Shown in pieces: positions 27,318-37,325 of a stretch of DNA of 64,000 nt. The position numbers and the translations under genes are program-made. Numbering within the stretch: position 1 is the first letter of the stretch; every line of letters begins with the position of its first letter. The stretch is taken from contig DATJXE010000003.1 in assembly GCA_035500505.1 (NCBI GenBank), positions 267,605-331,604 on the forward strand, in the 5' to 3' direction. The notes beneath the pieces were generated by a model. That model saw only the letters and a program-made list of their open reading frames with translations. It did not search any database and was not told the origin of the DNA. This DNA comes from Minisyncoccota bacterium (GTDB taxonomy: Bacteria > Patescibacteriota > Minisyncoccia > Phycocordibacterales > UBA2100).

Positions 27318-27881
27318 ATGGTACGCAACATCATTTCACTGCTCTTCTTAGTCGGCGCCATCGCCATGTTCTTCTTCTACACGAAGCCCGCGTACGACAA
27401 CGAGCAGGTGCTCGCGGCGCAGGGAGCCCAGTACGACGCAGCGCTCTCGAAAGCGACCCAGCTGCAAGCGCTCAAGCAGACGCTTCTCGCCCGCTATAAT
27501 TCCTTCGATCCCAACGCCATCTCGCGTCTCTCCGTCATGCTTCCGGACCAGGTCGACAACATCCGTCTCATCCTCGACCTCGACAATCTCGCCGGCAAGT
27601 ACGGCATGGCGCTTCAGAACGTCGATATTTCCGCCCCGCAGGACGCGCAGAACGGGACGGTCGTAAGCGCCATTGCGAGCGCATCGCAGCCGTGGGATTC
27701 GCTCACCTTGCAGTTCACGACGCGCGGCACGTACGACGAGTTCAAGCAGTTCCTGACCTCGCTCGAATCCTCGCTGCGGCTCGTGGATCTTCTGACGCTC
27801 ACGATAGCGCCCGGCGGCTCGACGGGCGGGGATCCCGTGTACACCTATTCCGTGACGCTACAAACCTATTGGCTCCGCTAA
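27318..27881 (+). CDS. pilO: PilO-like pilus assembly protein
   Basis: Single N-terminal TM and operon position. Confidence 0.55.
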   Translation: MVRNIISLLFLVGAIAMFFFYTKPAYDNEQVLAAQGAQYDAALSKATQLQALKQTLLARYNSFDPNAISRLSVMLPDQVDNIRLILDLDNLAGKYGMALQNVDISAPQDAQNGTVVSAIASASQPWDSLTLQFTTRGTYDEFKQFLTSLESSLRLVDLLTLTIAPGGSTGGDPVYTYSVTLQTYWLR

Positions 27882-27886
27882 CACGT

Positions 27887-28249
27887 ATGATGGACTTCAT
27901 TTCAAGCCACAAACTCATGTCACTCGTCGTCCTGGCGCTCCTCGTCGGTGCGGCCTGGTGGGAATTCACCGCATCTTCTTCGTCGCCCATCCTTTCGACC
28001 ACCGGCGCGGCCGGGAACAACCAGCAGGAGAACCAGATCGTCTCGACTCTTTTGCAGCTCCAGGCGGTGACCCTGAGCGGCACTATTTTGACCGATCCCG
28101 GATTCATGAGCCTGCAGGATTACACGACGCAGATCATCTCGGAGCCGCTCGGTCGCCCCAATCCTTTTGCTCCCGTTTCTCCGGGCACCTCCGGCGTACC
28201 GTCGACGCAGCCGGTGAATCCCAACCTCTTCGCGCCCGCGAAGCACTAA
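27887..28249 (+). CDS. TM-anchored pilus-operon protein (hypothetical, PilP-position)
   Basis: Internal start MMDFISSHKLMSLVVLALLVGAAWW; lies between pilO and pilB. Confidence 0.45.
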   Translation: MMDFISSHKLMSLVVLALLVGAAWWEFTASSSSPILSTTGAAGNNQQENQIVSTLLQLQAVTLSGTILTDPGFMSLQDYTTQIISEPLGRPNPFAPVSPGTSGVPSTQPVNPNLFAPAKH

Positions 28250-28252
28250 ACG

Positions 28253-29983
28253 ATGCCTGCCTCTGCAAAAGCACCGGTCGCACAAAAACCAGAGGTGCGC
28301 CAGGACGTTCCCGCGCGCGACATTGGGAACGAGAAGATCCCGTACGACGTGTTGAAACTCATCCCGCAGGAAAGCGCGGAGCACTACCAGCTCGTTCCGC
28401 TCGGTGTCGTCGAGGGAGTGCTCGAGATCGGCATGCTCGATCCGGAAGATATCGGTGCGTACGATGCCCTCAACTTCATCACCCGCTCGACCGGCATGCC
28501 GTTCAAGGTGTTCCGCATAACGAAGGACAACCTCGAACACGTCCTTGAGATGTACAAAGGCCTCGGCGGAGAGGTCGACCGTGCCGTCTCGGACCTCGAA
28601 ACGGAGCAAAAAACCGACGCACCGCCTTCGGACTCCGAAGCGACATTCCTCGACCTCGACGACCCTTCAATAGGGCGCGCAAAGCAGCAAGAAGACGATT
28701 CGCGCGCCATCCAGGAGGACGCGCCGACCATCAAGATCGCGTCGACCATCCTGCGTTTCGCGATAGACGGCCGCGCATCCGACATCCACATCGAGCCGCA
28801 GGCGAGCGGCGTGCGCGTGCGTTACCGCGTGGACGGCGAACTCCACACGAGCGTCATATTGCCGCTCTCGACGCACCGCGCGCTCACCGCACGCATCAAA
28901 GTGCTGGCTTCTATCCGTCTCGACGAGCGTCGCAAACCGCAAGACGGTCGCTTTTCCGCCTCGATCGACGGGCGCGGTATCGACTTCCGCGTTTCGACCT
29001 TTCCGTCGTACTACGGCGAGAAGATCGTGATACGTATCCTCGACCGCAAGCAGGGATTCATTCCGCTCGACAAGATCGGGCTCACGGAATCGAACATGGC
29101 CGTCATGCGCAAGGCGATCGCCGCACCGCACGGCCTCATCCTCGTGTCGGGCCCGACCGGTAGTGGAAAGTCGACGACGCTTTATTCCCTCCTTTCCGAG
29201 CTTGACCGCGAACACAAGAACGTCCTATCGCTCGAGGACCCGATCGAATATTTCATCGACGGCGTGACGCAGTCGCAAGTGCGTCCCGAGATAGGTTACT
29301 CGTTCGCCAACGGCTTGCGCACCACCTTGCGTCAGGACCCGGACATCATCATGGTCGGCGAGATCCGCGATGCGGAGACCGCGCAGCTCGCCATCCAAGC
29401 CGCACTCACGGGTCACCTGGTGCTCTCGACCATCCACACCAACGACGCCGTCGGCGTGGTCACGCGTCTCGTCGACATGGGCATCGAGCCATATCTCATT
29501 CCGCCTGTCCTGGTCGCCTCCATCGCGCAGCGCCTCGTGCGCACGTTCTCCGAGGGCGCCGAGAAGGAGGTGGAACTCTCGCCAAGCGAGATAGCGGCCA
29601 TCGAGGACGACCTGAAATTGCTGCCGGAAAAGTACCGCTTCCCGGTCCAGAAGAAAGCATGGGAGCCGCAAAAGACCGCTACATCCCCGACGGGGCTGCG
29701 CGGCCGTATGGCCGTTTTCGAGGTAATGGAAATGACGCCCGTCATCGAACGCATCGTTCTCGACCACCCGGTAGAGACCAAGCTTTGGGCGGCGGCGCGC
29801 GCGCAAGGAATGCTCACGATGCGCGAAGACGCTATCATGAAGGCGTTCGCGAAAAAGATCCCGTTCTCCGAGGTCAACAACCTCTCTACCATCATGCTTT
29901 CCGAGGACGAGGACCTCTCGGCGCTCGGGCCAAAGACCAAGGAACCGGAAAAAGAAGCCGCCACCGAACCAGAGAACGTATGA
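28253..29983 (+). CDS. pilB: type IV pilus assembly ATPase PilB (GspE family)
   Basis: N-terminal GSPII_E_N-like domain; Walker A LVSGPTGSGKSTT; Asp/His boxes. Confidence 0.92.
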   Translation: MPASAKAPVAQKPEVRQDVPARDIGNEKIPYDVLKLIPQESAEHYQLVPLGVVEGVLEIGMLDPEDIGAYDALNFITRSTGMPFKVFRITKDNLEHVLEMYKGLGGEVDRAVSDLETEQKTDAPPSDSEATFLDLDDPSIGRAKQQEDDSRAIQEDAPTIKIASTILRFAIDGRASDIHIEPQASGVRVRYRVDGELHTSVILPLSTHRALTARIKVLASIRLDERRKPQDGRFSASIDGRGIDFRVSTFPSYYGEKIVIRILDRKQGFIPLDKIGLTESNMAVMRKAIAAPHGLILVSGPTGSGKSTTLYSLLSELDREHKNVLSLEDPIEYFIDGVTQSQVRPEIGYSFANGLRTTLRQDPDIIMVGEIRDAETAQLAIQAALTGHLVLSTIHTNDAVGVVTRLVDMGIEPYLIPPVLVASIAQRLVRTFSEGAEKEVELSPSEIAAIEDDLKLLPEKYRFPVQKKAWEPQKTATSPTGLRGRMAVFEVMEMTPVIERIVLDHPVETKLWAAARAQGMLTMREDAIMKAFAKKIPFSEVNNLSTIMLSEDEDLSALGPKTKEPEKEAATEPENV

Positions 29984-30375
29984 CCGACACCAAAGGCAAG
30001 ATACTGCTCCTCGACGACGACAAGTTCCTCGCCGACATGTACAGCATGAAATTTACGCAAAGCGGTTATGAGGTAGCGGCCTGTCTTTCCGCCGCCGATG
30101 CCGTCGCGGCCATCAAGAAAGGGTTCGACCCGGACGCCGTTCTCTTCGATCTCGTCATGCCGGGACAGGACGGCTTTACGTTCCTGCAAATGCTGGAGCG
30201 CGAGCAGCTGGCAAAGCGCGCGGTGAAGGTCGCGCTCACCAACCAGAGCGAGGACAGCGAGCGTGAGAAGGTCATGCAGCTCGGCGCCGACCGCTACATC
30301 GTGAAGGCGAGCATGATACCTTCGGAAGTCGTCAACGCCGTCAGCGAGGAGATCGGGAAGCGTAAGACGGCATAG
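29980..30375 (+). CDS. orphan response regulator receiver domain protein (CheY-like)
   Basis: KILLLDDD, phospho-acceptor Asp in VLFDLVMPGQDG, conserved K; no output domain and no kinase nearby; ATGA overlap with pilB stop. Confidence 0.85.
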   Translation: MTDTKGKILLLDDDKFLADMYSMKFTQSGYEVAACLSAADAVAAIKKGFDPDAVLFDLVMPGQDGFTFLQMLEREQLAKRAVKVALTNQSEDSEREKVMQLGADRYIVKASMIPSEVVNAVSEEIGKRKTA

Positions 30376-30381
30376 CGGCCC

Positions 30382-30493
30382 GCGCGTCCCGCAGCAGGGC
30401 ATTTGGCCGTCGGATAATTTTCTGCTGAAAATTTCCTCCCTCTCGCGCCGACGCGCTCCGAGAGACGGCCAAATGCCCTGCTGCGGGACGCGC
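30382..30493. promoter_or_regulatory. 30-bp perfect inverted repeat with 53-nt structured spacer between the response regulator and pilT
   Basis: GCGCGTCCCGCAGCAGGGCATTTGGCCGTC ... GACGGCCAAATGCCCTGCTGCGGGACGCGC; spacer holds two smaller hairpins; followed by TCGCGGTTTTG and the pilT -10 GCGATACAAT. Confidence 0.5.
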
Positions 30494-30552
30494 TCGCGGT
30501 TTTGCACAATACGTCCCGAAATCCGCGCGAAGGTGCGATACAATACAGTGCA

Positions 30553-31617
30553 ATGACCGACCACGCCGCGAACCTCAAGAAATACATCACCGTCCTTGCG
30601 CACGAAGGAGGCTCCGACCTGCACTTCTCGGCTGGCGCGCACCCGACCATCCGCGTGTCCGGGCAGCTCTCCCCGATGCTCAAGGAGGACGTCCTCACCT
30701 CGGAGGACACGCTCGCGTTCGGGAAGCTTCTTATGCGGCCCGACCAGGAGAAGCGTTTTCTGGAGGAATTCGAGATGGATTTTGCATATGAAACTCCCGA
30801 GGGTTTCCGCTTCCGCGGCAACGCGTTCTTTGAGCGCGGCTCCGTTTCCATCGCATTGCGCCTCATTCCCAAGACGATCCGCTCCATAACGGAGTTGAAT
30901 CTGCCGGATGTCCTGACCTCCTTCGCGCGCAAGTCGCAAGGGTTCTTCCTCGTCGTGGGGCCGGTGGGACAGGGGAAAACGACGACACTCGCGGCCCTCA
31001 TCGATCTCGTCAACACCGAGCGCATGGAGCACATCGTCACCATCGAAGACCCGATCGAGTACATTTTTGAACCCAAACAATCGCTCATCGACCAACGCGA
31101 AGTGAAGATAGACACGAAGGATTTCGAAACGGCGCTCGTCTCCGCGTTCCGACAGGACATCGACGTCCTACTCGTGGGCGAGATGAGAGGCCACGAGACG
31201 ATGTCCGCTGCGGTGACCGCCGCCGAAACGGGGCACCTCGTTTTCTCGACCATGCATACCAACGACGCGGCGCAAACGGTAGACCGCATCATCGACACGT
31301 TCCCGGCGGGGCAGCAGGACCAGATACGCCTGCAGCTCGCGGCGTCGCTCGCGGGCATCTTTTCGCAGCGCCTCGTGCCGCGCATATCCGGCGGCCTCAT
31401 CCCGGCATGCGAGCTTCTCATCAACAACAAGGCGGTTGCCAACTTGATACGCGAAAAGCGCACGCATGAGATCCCGACCGTCATCGAGACCGGCTCGACC
31501 GAAGGCATGATCGACATGAACCGCTCGCTCGCGGAATTGGTCGGGCGCGGAGAGATCACCGTCGAATCCGCCTACCAATACTCATTGAACCCCAACGTGC
31601 TCCAGAAGCTCTTGTAA
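30553..31617 (+). CDS. pilT: twitching motility ATPase PilT
   Basis: Walker A LVVGPVGQGKTTT; PilT-type N-terminus; start taken at internal MTDHAANLKK. Confidence 0.9.
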   Translation: MTDHAANLKKYITVLAHEGGSDLHFSAGAHPTIRVSGQLSPMLKEDVLTSEDTLAFGKLLMRPDQEKRFLEEFEMDFAYETPEGFRFRGNAFFERGSVSIALRLIPKTIRSITELNLPDVLTSFARKSQGFFLVVGPVGQGKTTTLAALIDLVNTERMEHIVTIEDPIEYIFEPKQSLIDQREVKIDTKDFETALVSAFRQDIDVLLVGEMRGHETMSAAVTAAETGHLVFSTMHTNDAAQTVDRIIDTFPAGQQDQIRLQLAASLAGIFSQRLVPRISGGLIPACELLINNKAVANLIREKRTHEIPTVIETGSTEGMIDMNRSLAELVGRGEITVESAYQYSLNPNVLQKLL

Positions 31618-31620
31618 GCT

Positions 31621-32832
31621 ATGGCAGTTTTTGAATACCAGGCGATCGACCAAGAGGGGAACTCGCGCGAAGGAACGATCGAGGCGGTGAACGTCGATCT
31701 CGCGATAAGTGCTCTCCAGCGTCGCGGCCTCGTCATTTCCTCCATCGACGCCGCCAGTACGAAGAAGGGCGGCCTTTCGATGGAGCTGCACCTGTTCGAA
31801 CGCGTCACCAACGAGGACGTGGTCATGCTCTCGCGCGAGATAACCTCGCTTTTCGAGGCGCAGGTCTCCGCCTTGCGTGCCTTCCGCCTTCTCGCGAGCG
31901 AGGCGCGCACGCAAAAGCTCGCCCAAAAACTCACCGAGATCGGCAATGACATCCAAGGCGGCGCGACCATCTCCGCCGCACTTTCCAAGCACCCCGACGT
32001 GTTCTCGCCCTTCTATATCAACATGGTGCGGGCGGCCGAAGAATCGGGGAAACTGGACGAGACATTTGCCTTTCTTGCGGACTACCTCGACCGCAACTAC
32101 GAAATAACCTCGAAGGTGCGCAACGCCCTCATTTATCCCGCGTTCATCATCGTTACGTTCATCGGCGTCATGACGCTCATGCTCACGGTCATCATCCCGA
32201 ACATTTCCGGCATGCTCGATCAGGTTGGGCAAAGCGTTCCGTTGTACACGCAGGTCATCATCGGCTTCAGTAATTTCCTCATCAAATACTGGCTATTCCT
32301 CGTCATCGCGCTCATCGGTGCGGGATTCTTCCTCTACCGGTACGGACAGACGGAAACGGGAGCGGAAACTCTTTCCCGCGCGAAAATGCAAGTGCCCGTC
32401 ATCGGTCAGGTCTTCAAAAAACTCTACCTTTCGCGCATCGCGGACAACTTGGCGACCATGCTCGGAAGCGGCGTGCAGATATTGCGCGCGCTCGAAATAA
32501 CAGGCTCCGTCGTGGGTGACCCGACCTACTCGAGGATACTTGCCAGATCCGCCGAGGACGTCAAAGGCGGACTCCCGGTCTCGGAGGCGCTCAGAAAATA
32601 CCCAGAAATGCCGGGCATCATGGTCGCGATGATGAAGATCGGCGAAGAGACCGGCAACATGGGCTCCATTCTGCAGACCATCGCCAAATTCTACCGCCGC
32701 GAGGTCAACAACTCCGTAGACACGCTCGTTTCCCTCATCGAGCCCCTGATGATAGTCGCACTCGCCGTCGGCGTCGGATTCTTGCTTGCGTCCGTCCTCA
32801 TCCCCATCTACAACCTCGCGTCGAGTTTCTGA
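31621..32832 (+). CDS. pilC: type IV pilus platform protein PilC (GspF family)
   Basis: Two T2SF repeats, 3 TM topology. Confidence 0.9.
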   Translation: MAVFEYQAIDQEGNSREGTIEAVNVDLAISALQRRGLVISSIDAASTKKGGLSMELHLFERVTNEDVVMLSREITSLFEAQVSALRAFRLLASEARTQKLAQKLTEIGNDIQGGATISAALSKHPDVFSPFYINMVRAAEESGKLDETFAFLADYLDRNYEITSKVRNALIYPAFIIVTFIGVMTLMLTVIIPNISGMLDQVGQSVPLYTQVIIGFSNFLIKYWLFLVIALIGAGFFLYRYGQTETGAETLSRAKMQVPVIGQVFKKLYLSRIADNLATMLGSGVQILRALEITGSVVGDPTYSRILARSAEDVKGGLPVSEALRKYPEMPGIMVAMMKIGEETGNMGSILQTIAKFYRREVNNSVDTLVSLIEPLMIVALAVGVGFLLASVLIPIYNLASSF

Positions 32833-32999
32833 CCCCGCGGCCACGCTTCAAAAGCCAACTTGGGAAAGCAAGGTTGAACCTTGCACGGTCGATATCCACA
32901 GGGTACGGCGCTTTGGTGCAACGTTCCTATATAATATCTTCATAAACCTGTAAACCAGGGGACTATTTATAAGCGTCATTACTAATCATTTATAAACAC

Positions 33000-33473
33000 A
33001 TGAAATCAATTCGTTCACGAGGTTTCACCCTCATCGAACTTCTGGTGGTCATCGCCATCATCGGTCTCTTGGCTTCGATCATCTTGGCCTCCCTCAACAC
33101 CGCGCGCCAAAAGGGCCGCGACTCGCGCCGCTTGGCCGACCTGAAGGAAATAGCCAATGCGCTGGAATTGGCGAACAACGGCACAGCCGTGGGAACAATG
33201 ACCTGTGCGGGAACGCTACCAGTAGCTGTCAGTACATGTTCGGCCCCAACCAGTTTGGCGTCCTACACTGACCCCTCAGTGGCAGCCGGGGCCGCCGCTT
33301 GTACCAAGACTGCTACTGGGCCTTGTAACTACGCTGTTTATTTGACCACGGATACTCAGCACTATGAGATTTGTGCGTACCTGGAGACTCAGAGCGGCCC
33401 TCTGACCACTGCTGGTGGTATGGTGAATATACAGGGCTCAAACTCAGGGAACATAACTGCGGGATGCCCATAA
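33000..33473 (+). CDS. type IV major pilin paralogue 1
   Basis: Prepilin leader MKSIRSRG|FTLIELLVVIAIIGLLASIIL with E5; C-terminal Cys pair. Confidence 0.85.
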   Translation: MKSIRSRGFTLIELLVVIAIIGLLASIILASLNTARQKGRDSRRLADLKEIANALELANNGTAVGTMTCAGTLPVAVSTCSAPTSLASYTDPSVAAGAAACTKTATGPCNYAVYLTTDTQHYEICAYLETQSGPLTTAGGMVNIQGSNSGNITAGCP

Positions 33474-33508
33474 TCAGGTTATTGAAGGAAGTTTATCTCT
33501 GAAGAAAA

Positions 33509-33540
33509 GCCCCGGTTTCTCGGGGTTTTTCTTTTTTTTG
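33509..33540 (+). terminator. rho-independent terminator after pilin 1
   Basis: GCCCCGG tttct CGGGG followed by TTTTTCTTTTTTTT. Confidence 0.75.
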
Positions 33541-33590
33541 TGTTATCAACAGAGCGGGGGCGTGACTGAAAAGCCTCGATTTTACAACGG

Positions 33591-33596
33591 TATAAT
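33591..33596 (+). promoter_or_regulatory. -10 TATAAT 9 nt upstream of the pilin 2 ATG
   Basis: CGGTATAAT motif; the same CGGTATAAT recurs before pilin 3 (34157-34165). Confidence 0.4.
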
Positions 33597-33605
33597 ACGG
33601 CTAAT

Positions 33606-34082
33606 ATGAGAGGAGGTGATTCAAATGGTTTTACCTTGATAGAACTTCTGGTGGTCGTCGCCATTATCGGCCTCTTGGCGTCCATCATCCTTGTGTCGCT
33701 CACGACCGCACGGGCAAAAGGCCGCGATGCGCGCCGCTTGGCAGATCTCAAGGAAATGGCCAATGCGATGGAGCTTGCAAGTGCTGGGACAAAACCGATT
33801 ACACTCACGGGATGCACCACCGCAGGATCGCTTGCGAGCGCTTGCGCGACCGCGTCGACTGGCCTTAACCTCTCTTCGTATGCCGATCCCTCGGGGGTTG
33901 CCACCGCGTGCGCAAGCAAGACCGGGACCGTAAATTGCAACTACACAATGGAGATCGCGAACGGAACGACCCAAAACTTCGAGATCTGCGTGTATCTTGA
34001 AACGCAGTCCGGACCGCTCACAACAGTGGGAGGCATGGTCAGCGTAAGCCAAACGGGGAACATCATCGCAGGTTGTCCGTGA
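33606..34082 (+). CDS. type IV major pilin paralogue 2
   Basis: MRGGDSNG|FTLIELLVVVAIIGLLASIIL; C-terminal Cys pair. Confidence 0.85.
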   Translation: MRGGDSNGFTLIELLVVVAIIGLLASIILVSLTTARAKGRDARRLADLKEMANAMELASAGTKPITLTGCTTAGSLASACATASTGLNLSSYADPSGVATACASKTGTVNCNYTMEIANGTTQNFEICVYLETQSGPLTTVGGMVSVSQTGNIIAGCP

Positions 34083-34174
34083 TTCGCTAGGCAGAACGCA
34101 ACCGATTCAAGTTATCAACACCGCTGCTGTTCCATTGCGGTTCGTCCCGGTTTCGAGCGGTATAATGAACCGTC

Positions 34175-34690
34175 ATGAGCCGCTCAAAGGGTTTTACTTT
34201 GATTGAATTGTTGGTCGTTATCGCCATCATTGGTCTCTTGGCATCCATCATCCTGGCTTCTCTCAACACAGCGCGCCAAAAAGGCCGCGACGCAAGGCGT
34301 ATCGCGGATGTAAAGGAAATCCAGCTCGCTCTTGAACTCTACTATGACGCCAACACCACCTACCCGCCGGTCACTGTCACATTGAGCGGGACCCCGAGCG
34401 CCGCCAACATTCCTTCGCTTCTCGCCCCGACCTACATTTCCGTCATCCCGACAGATCCGAGCCAGCCCGCGAGCGGTAACTCTGCCTACTACTACCAATA
34501 TGAATCGCTCGCAACGGATGGCACGACCGCTTGCACTTCGGGCACGTGCCCAAACTATGTCGTCATTGCGCACCTTGAAGCCGGAGCGAATAGCTCGACG
34601 TGGTCCGGTAGTGGTACTGGGATAGCGGCTGGAATTTGCCCAGCGAGCGGCGGAAGTACGTCACCATACCCCTACTGCGTGCACAGCTAA
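34175..34690 (+). CDS. type IV major pilin paralogue 3
   Basis: MSRSKG|FTLIELLVVIAIIGLLASIIL...EIQLALELYY. Confidence 0.85.
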   Translation: MSRSKGFTLIELLVVIAIIGLLASIILASLNTARQKGRDARRIADVKEIQLALELYYDANTTYPPVTVTLSGTPSAANIPSLLAPTYISVIPTDPSQPASGNSAYYYQYESLATDGTTACTSGTCPNYVVIAHLEAGANSSTWSGSGTGIAAGICPASGGSTSPYPYCVHS

Positions 34691-34705
34691 GGCACTCAGC
34701 ATCCT

Positions 34706-35284
34706 ATGAAAGCGCCCGCACGCTCTCAGGCAGCTGCGAAGGGCTTTACGCTCATTGAACTCCTGGTCGTCATCGCCATCATCGGCTTGCTGGCGTCCAT
34801 TATTTTGGCCTCTCTCGGCGGTGCGCGGCAAAAGGCGCGCGACGCGCGAAGGATTGCCGATATCCGGGAAATCCAGAACGCACTTGAACTGTATGTGGAG
34901 ACGTGCAAGCAATACCCGGAGCCCTCGCCGTTGGCAACGACTGACAGTAATGGGTGTTCGGGCGGAGTGAATTTGGGGACTTTCCTCCCGACCATCCCTA
35001 AGGATCCGAGCAGCTCAAGCACAAACTACCCATATACAGCCAATGGTTCCCTCGGCTCCTGCACCTCATACCACCTCGCCGCTATTCTTGAGGCGAAGCC
35101 TAGCAACGCTGCAGCAACATGCTTAGCTAATCGTGGTTACTGCACGGGCGGCAACTATGCCGGAGGGTACGGGAACGGAAGTGGGGATACACTTTCGTCG
35201 ACGGCCGGAGACTTTGATGAGTCTGGCACCAATTGTGGCGCAGTACTGACACACGGGAGCTACGTATACGACGTAGGACCGTAA
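34706..35284 (+). CDS. type IV major pilin paralogue 4
   Basis: MKAPARSQAAAKG|FTLIELLVVIAIIGLLASIIL...EIQNALELYV. Confidence 0.85.
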   Translation: MKAPARSQAAAKGFTLIELLVVIAIIGLLASIILASLGGARQKARDARRIADIREIQNALELYVETCKQYPEPSPLATTDSNGCSGGVNLGTFLPTIPKDPSSSSTNYPYTANGSLGSCTSYHLAAILEAKPSNAAATCLANRGYCTGGNYAGGYGNGSGDTLSSTAGDFDESGTNCGAVLTHGSYVYDVGP

Positions 35285-35305
35285 CGCACACGGTATACTT
35301 CCCAG

Positions 35306-36148
35306 ATGCTTCTCTACGCGCTCGTTTTTGGGGTCTTCGGCGCAATCATCGGGAGTTTTTTGAACGTTCTCATCTTGCGCCACGGAGTAAAGGCGCTCAC
35401 TGGAAGGAGCGCGTGCGCATCGTGCGGACACGAGCTCGGGGTCGTTGACCTCGTGCCTATTTTTTCGTGGATATTCTTGCGGGGACGATGCCGCTTTTGC
35501 GGAAGTCGCATTTCGATACAGTACCCGTTGGTCGAAGCGACGACGGCGCTTCTGTTCGCCTTCATCGGAGCCGCTCCTTTACCGCTTACGCTGCAAGTGC
35601 TCGCACTCCCGATACTCGCGCTCTTGGTCGCCATCTCGGTGTATGACATTCGTCATACGGTCATTCCCGATGCGTGGGCATATGCGTTCGCGGGCTTGGC
35701 GCTCGTCTTCTCCTTGGCGTACCTCACGTTCTTCGGGGAACTGTCCGAATTCACGCCGCTTTTCCTCGCGGGTCCCGTATCTGCGCTGCCGTTCTGGGCT
35801 CTGTGGTACGTGTCCGGCGGCCGCTGGATGGGGCTCGGCGATTCGAAGCTTGCGTGGGGGGTGGGCTGGCTTCTCGGCCCCGTGTACGGCTTCATGGCCA
35901 TCGTTCTGGCCTTCATTCTCGGCGCGCTCGTTTCGGTCTTCATTTTGCTGCCGCTCTCTTCGCCAAAAGTCACGTCGTTCCTCGCGCGCGTTACTCACAT
36001 GAAGGGCTCCGCGAGAGCGCAATGGGGGTTTACAATGAGGAGCGAGGTCGCATTCGGCCCCTTCCTGGCGGCTGCATGTATCGTCATATGGCTGATGCTT
36101 CTGTACGGTCACGATCCGCTCGCCTATACCGGGCTGGTTTCACTTTGA
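35306..36148 (+). CDS. pilD: prepilin peptidase PilD (A24 family)
   Basis: N-terminal CxxC...CxxC zinc finger, multiple TMs, catalytic Asp motifs (VYDIRHTVIPD; GLGDSKL). Confidence 0.9.
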   Translation: MLLYALVFGVFGAIIGSFLNVLILRHGVKALTGRSACASCGHELGVVDLVPIFSWIFLRGRCRFCGSRISIQYPLVEATTALLFAFIGAAPLPLTLQVLALPILALLVAISVYDIRHTVIPDAWAYAFAGLALVFSLAYLTFFGELSEFTPLFLAGPVSALPFWALWYVSGGRWMGLGDSKLAWGVGWLLGPVYGFMAIVLAFILGALVSVFILLPLSSPKVTSFLARVTHMKGSARAQWGFTMRSEVAFGPFLAAACIVIWLMLLYGHDPLAYTGLVSL

Positions 36149-36720
36149 TAGAACTGCTCGTCGTCTGCGCCATCATCGTCGTTATCACCGCCGTCATCTT
36201 GGTCGACAACAACAAATTCGGCGGCGCAATACTCCTTGAGAATCTCGCATACGACGTCGCACTCACGGTGCGGCAAGCCCAGGTCTATGGCATCGCGGTC
36301 GAACGTTTTGGTCAAAACACGAACGTCTTCAATGTCGGCTATGGCATGTATTTTTCGACGTCAGATCCAACGCACTATTATCTCTTTGCGGACAGTGAGG
36401 GTACCGGAATTTATGATTCAGGTGCTTCCCCGACCGAGGTTCAGCAGAAGACCACCATTCAGAATGGTTACGCCATCTCCAGCTTGTGCGCGGTATCGCA
36501 GTTCGGCGGGACGACCTGCACGCCCATGTCGGAAATAGACATACTCTTCCAACGTCCGGAACCCAACGCTTTCATCAGCGCTGCGGCAAGCGGGGCACCG
36601 CCCTCATGTGTGCAAAGCGCGGTCGCGTGCTATTACGAAGCGCAGATAACACTCCTCTCTCCCAAGGGAGATACAAGGACCGTTATCGTTGACGCGACCG
36701 GGCAGATATCGGTGAAATGA
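36088..36720 (+). CDS. minor pilin/pseudopilin
   Basis: Prepilin-like N-terminus RAG|FTLIELLVVCAIIVVITAVIL; start inferred at ATG overlapping the pilD 3' end by ~60 nt (uncertain). Confidence 0.65.
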   Translation: MADASVRSRSARLYRAGFTLIELLVVCAIIVVITAVILVDNNKFGGAILLENLAYDVALTVRQAQVYGIAVERFGQNTNVFNVGYGMYFSTSDPTHYYLFADSEGTGIYDSGASPTEVQQKTTIQNGYAISSLCAVSQFGGTTCTPMSEIDILFQRPEPNAFISAAASGAPPSCVQSAVACYYEAQITLLSPKGDTRTVIVDATGQISVK

Positions 36721-37325
36721 CCATGGAAACAAGAAACAAAAAACAAGAAACAAAAAACAAGGGGTTCACCTTGATAGAAATGATGGTCTCGGTCGCGCTC
36801 TTCGCCATCGTGTTCCTCGTCGCGGGGGCGACGCTCCTTTCGCTCGTGTACGCCAACAGGAAGGCGCAAGCGCTTCAATCAGTCATGAACAACCTCAACG
36901 TCTCACTCGACCAGATGGTGCGCAGTATGCGCGAGGGCCAGAACTATCGCTGCGGTGGAGAGGCCGCATCGTACGGCGATTGCACGGGAGGCGGGGCGCT
37001 GCTCTACTTCACACCATTCGGTTCTTCTCCGGACGACCTTCCGGCGGACGACTGGGCCTACGTGTACGACAGCGGCGGGACGTATTGCGGGCAGGGGAGG
37101 TTATGCGAAAAAGAAAAAGGCGGACCGTGGATCCCCATCACGTCGCCCGAAGTGCAGATCCAGAGCATGGTGTTCTACGTCGTGGGAACGCAACCGGCTT
37201 CGAGCGGAGGAACACAGCAGCCGAAGGTCATCTTTACGATAAAGGGCCAAGCCGGTGCCCAAACGAGCACGAAAACGACCTTCGATATCCAGGCGACAGC
37301 GGTACAACGACTTCTCAACCTATGA
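36717..37325 (+). CDS. minor pilin/pseudopilin
   Basis: KG|FTLIEMMVSVALFAIVFL prepilin N-terminus. Confidence 0.75.
   Translation: MTMETRNKKQETKNKGFTLIEMMVSVALFAIVFLVAGATLLSLVYANRKAQALQSVMNNLNVSLDQMVRSMREGQNYRCGGEAASYGDCTGGGALLYFTPFGSSPDDLPADDWAYVYDSGGTYCGQGRLCEKEKGGPWIPITSPEVQIQSMVFYVVGTQPASSGGTQQPKVIFTIKGQAGAQTSTKTTFDIQATAVQRLLNL

Noticed and set aside
33608-33627. Apparent Shine-Dalgarno GAGAGGAGGTG followed by a second ATG at ~33625 as an alternative pilin 2 start.
   Set aside because: The second ATG is out of frame. The 8-aa leader MRGGDSNG|FTLIEL matches the other prepilin leaders, so the purine-rich stretch is coding.
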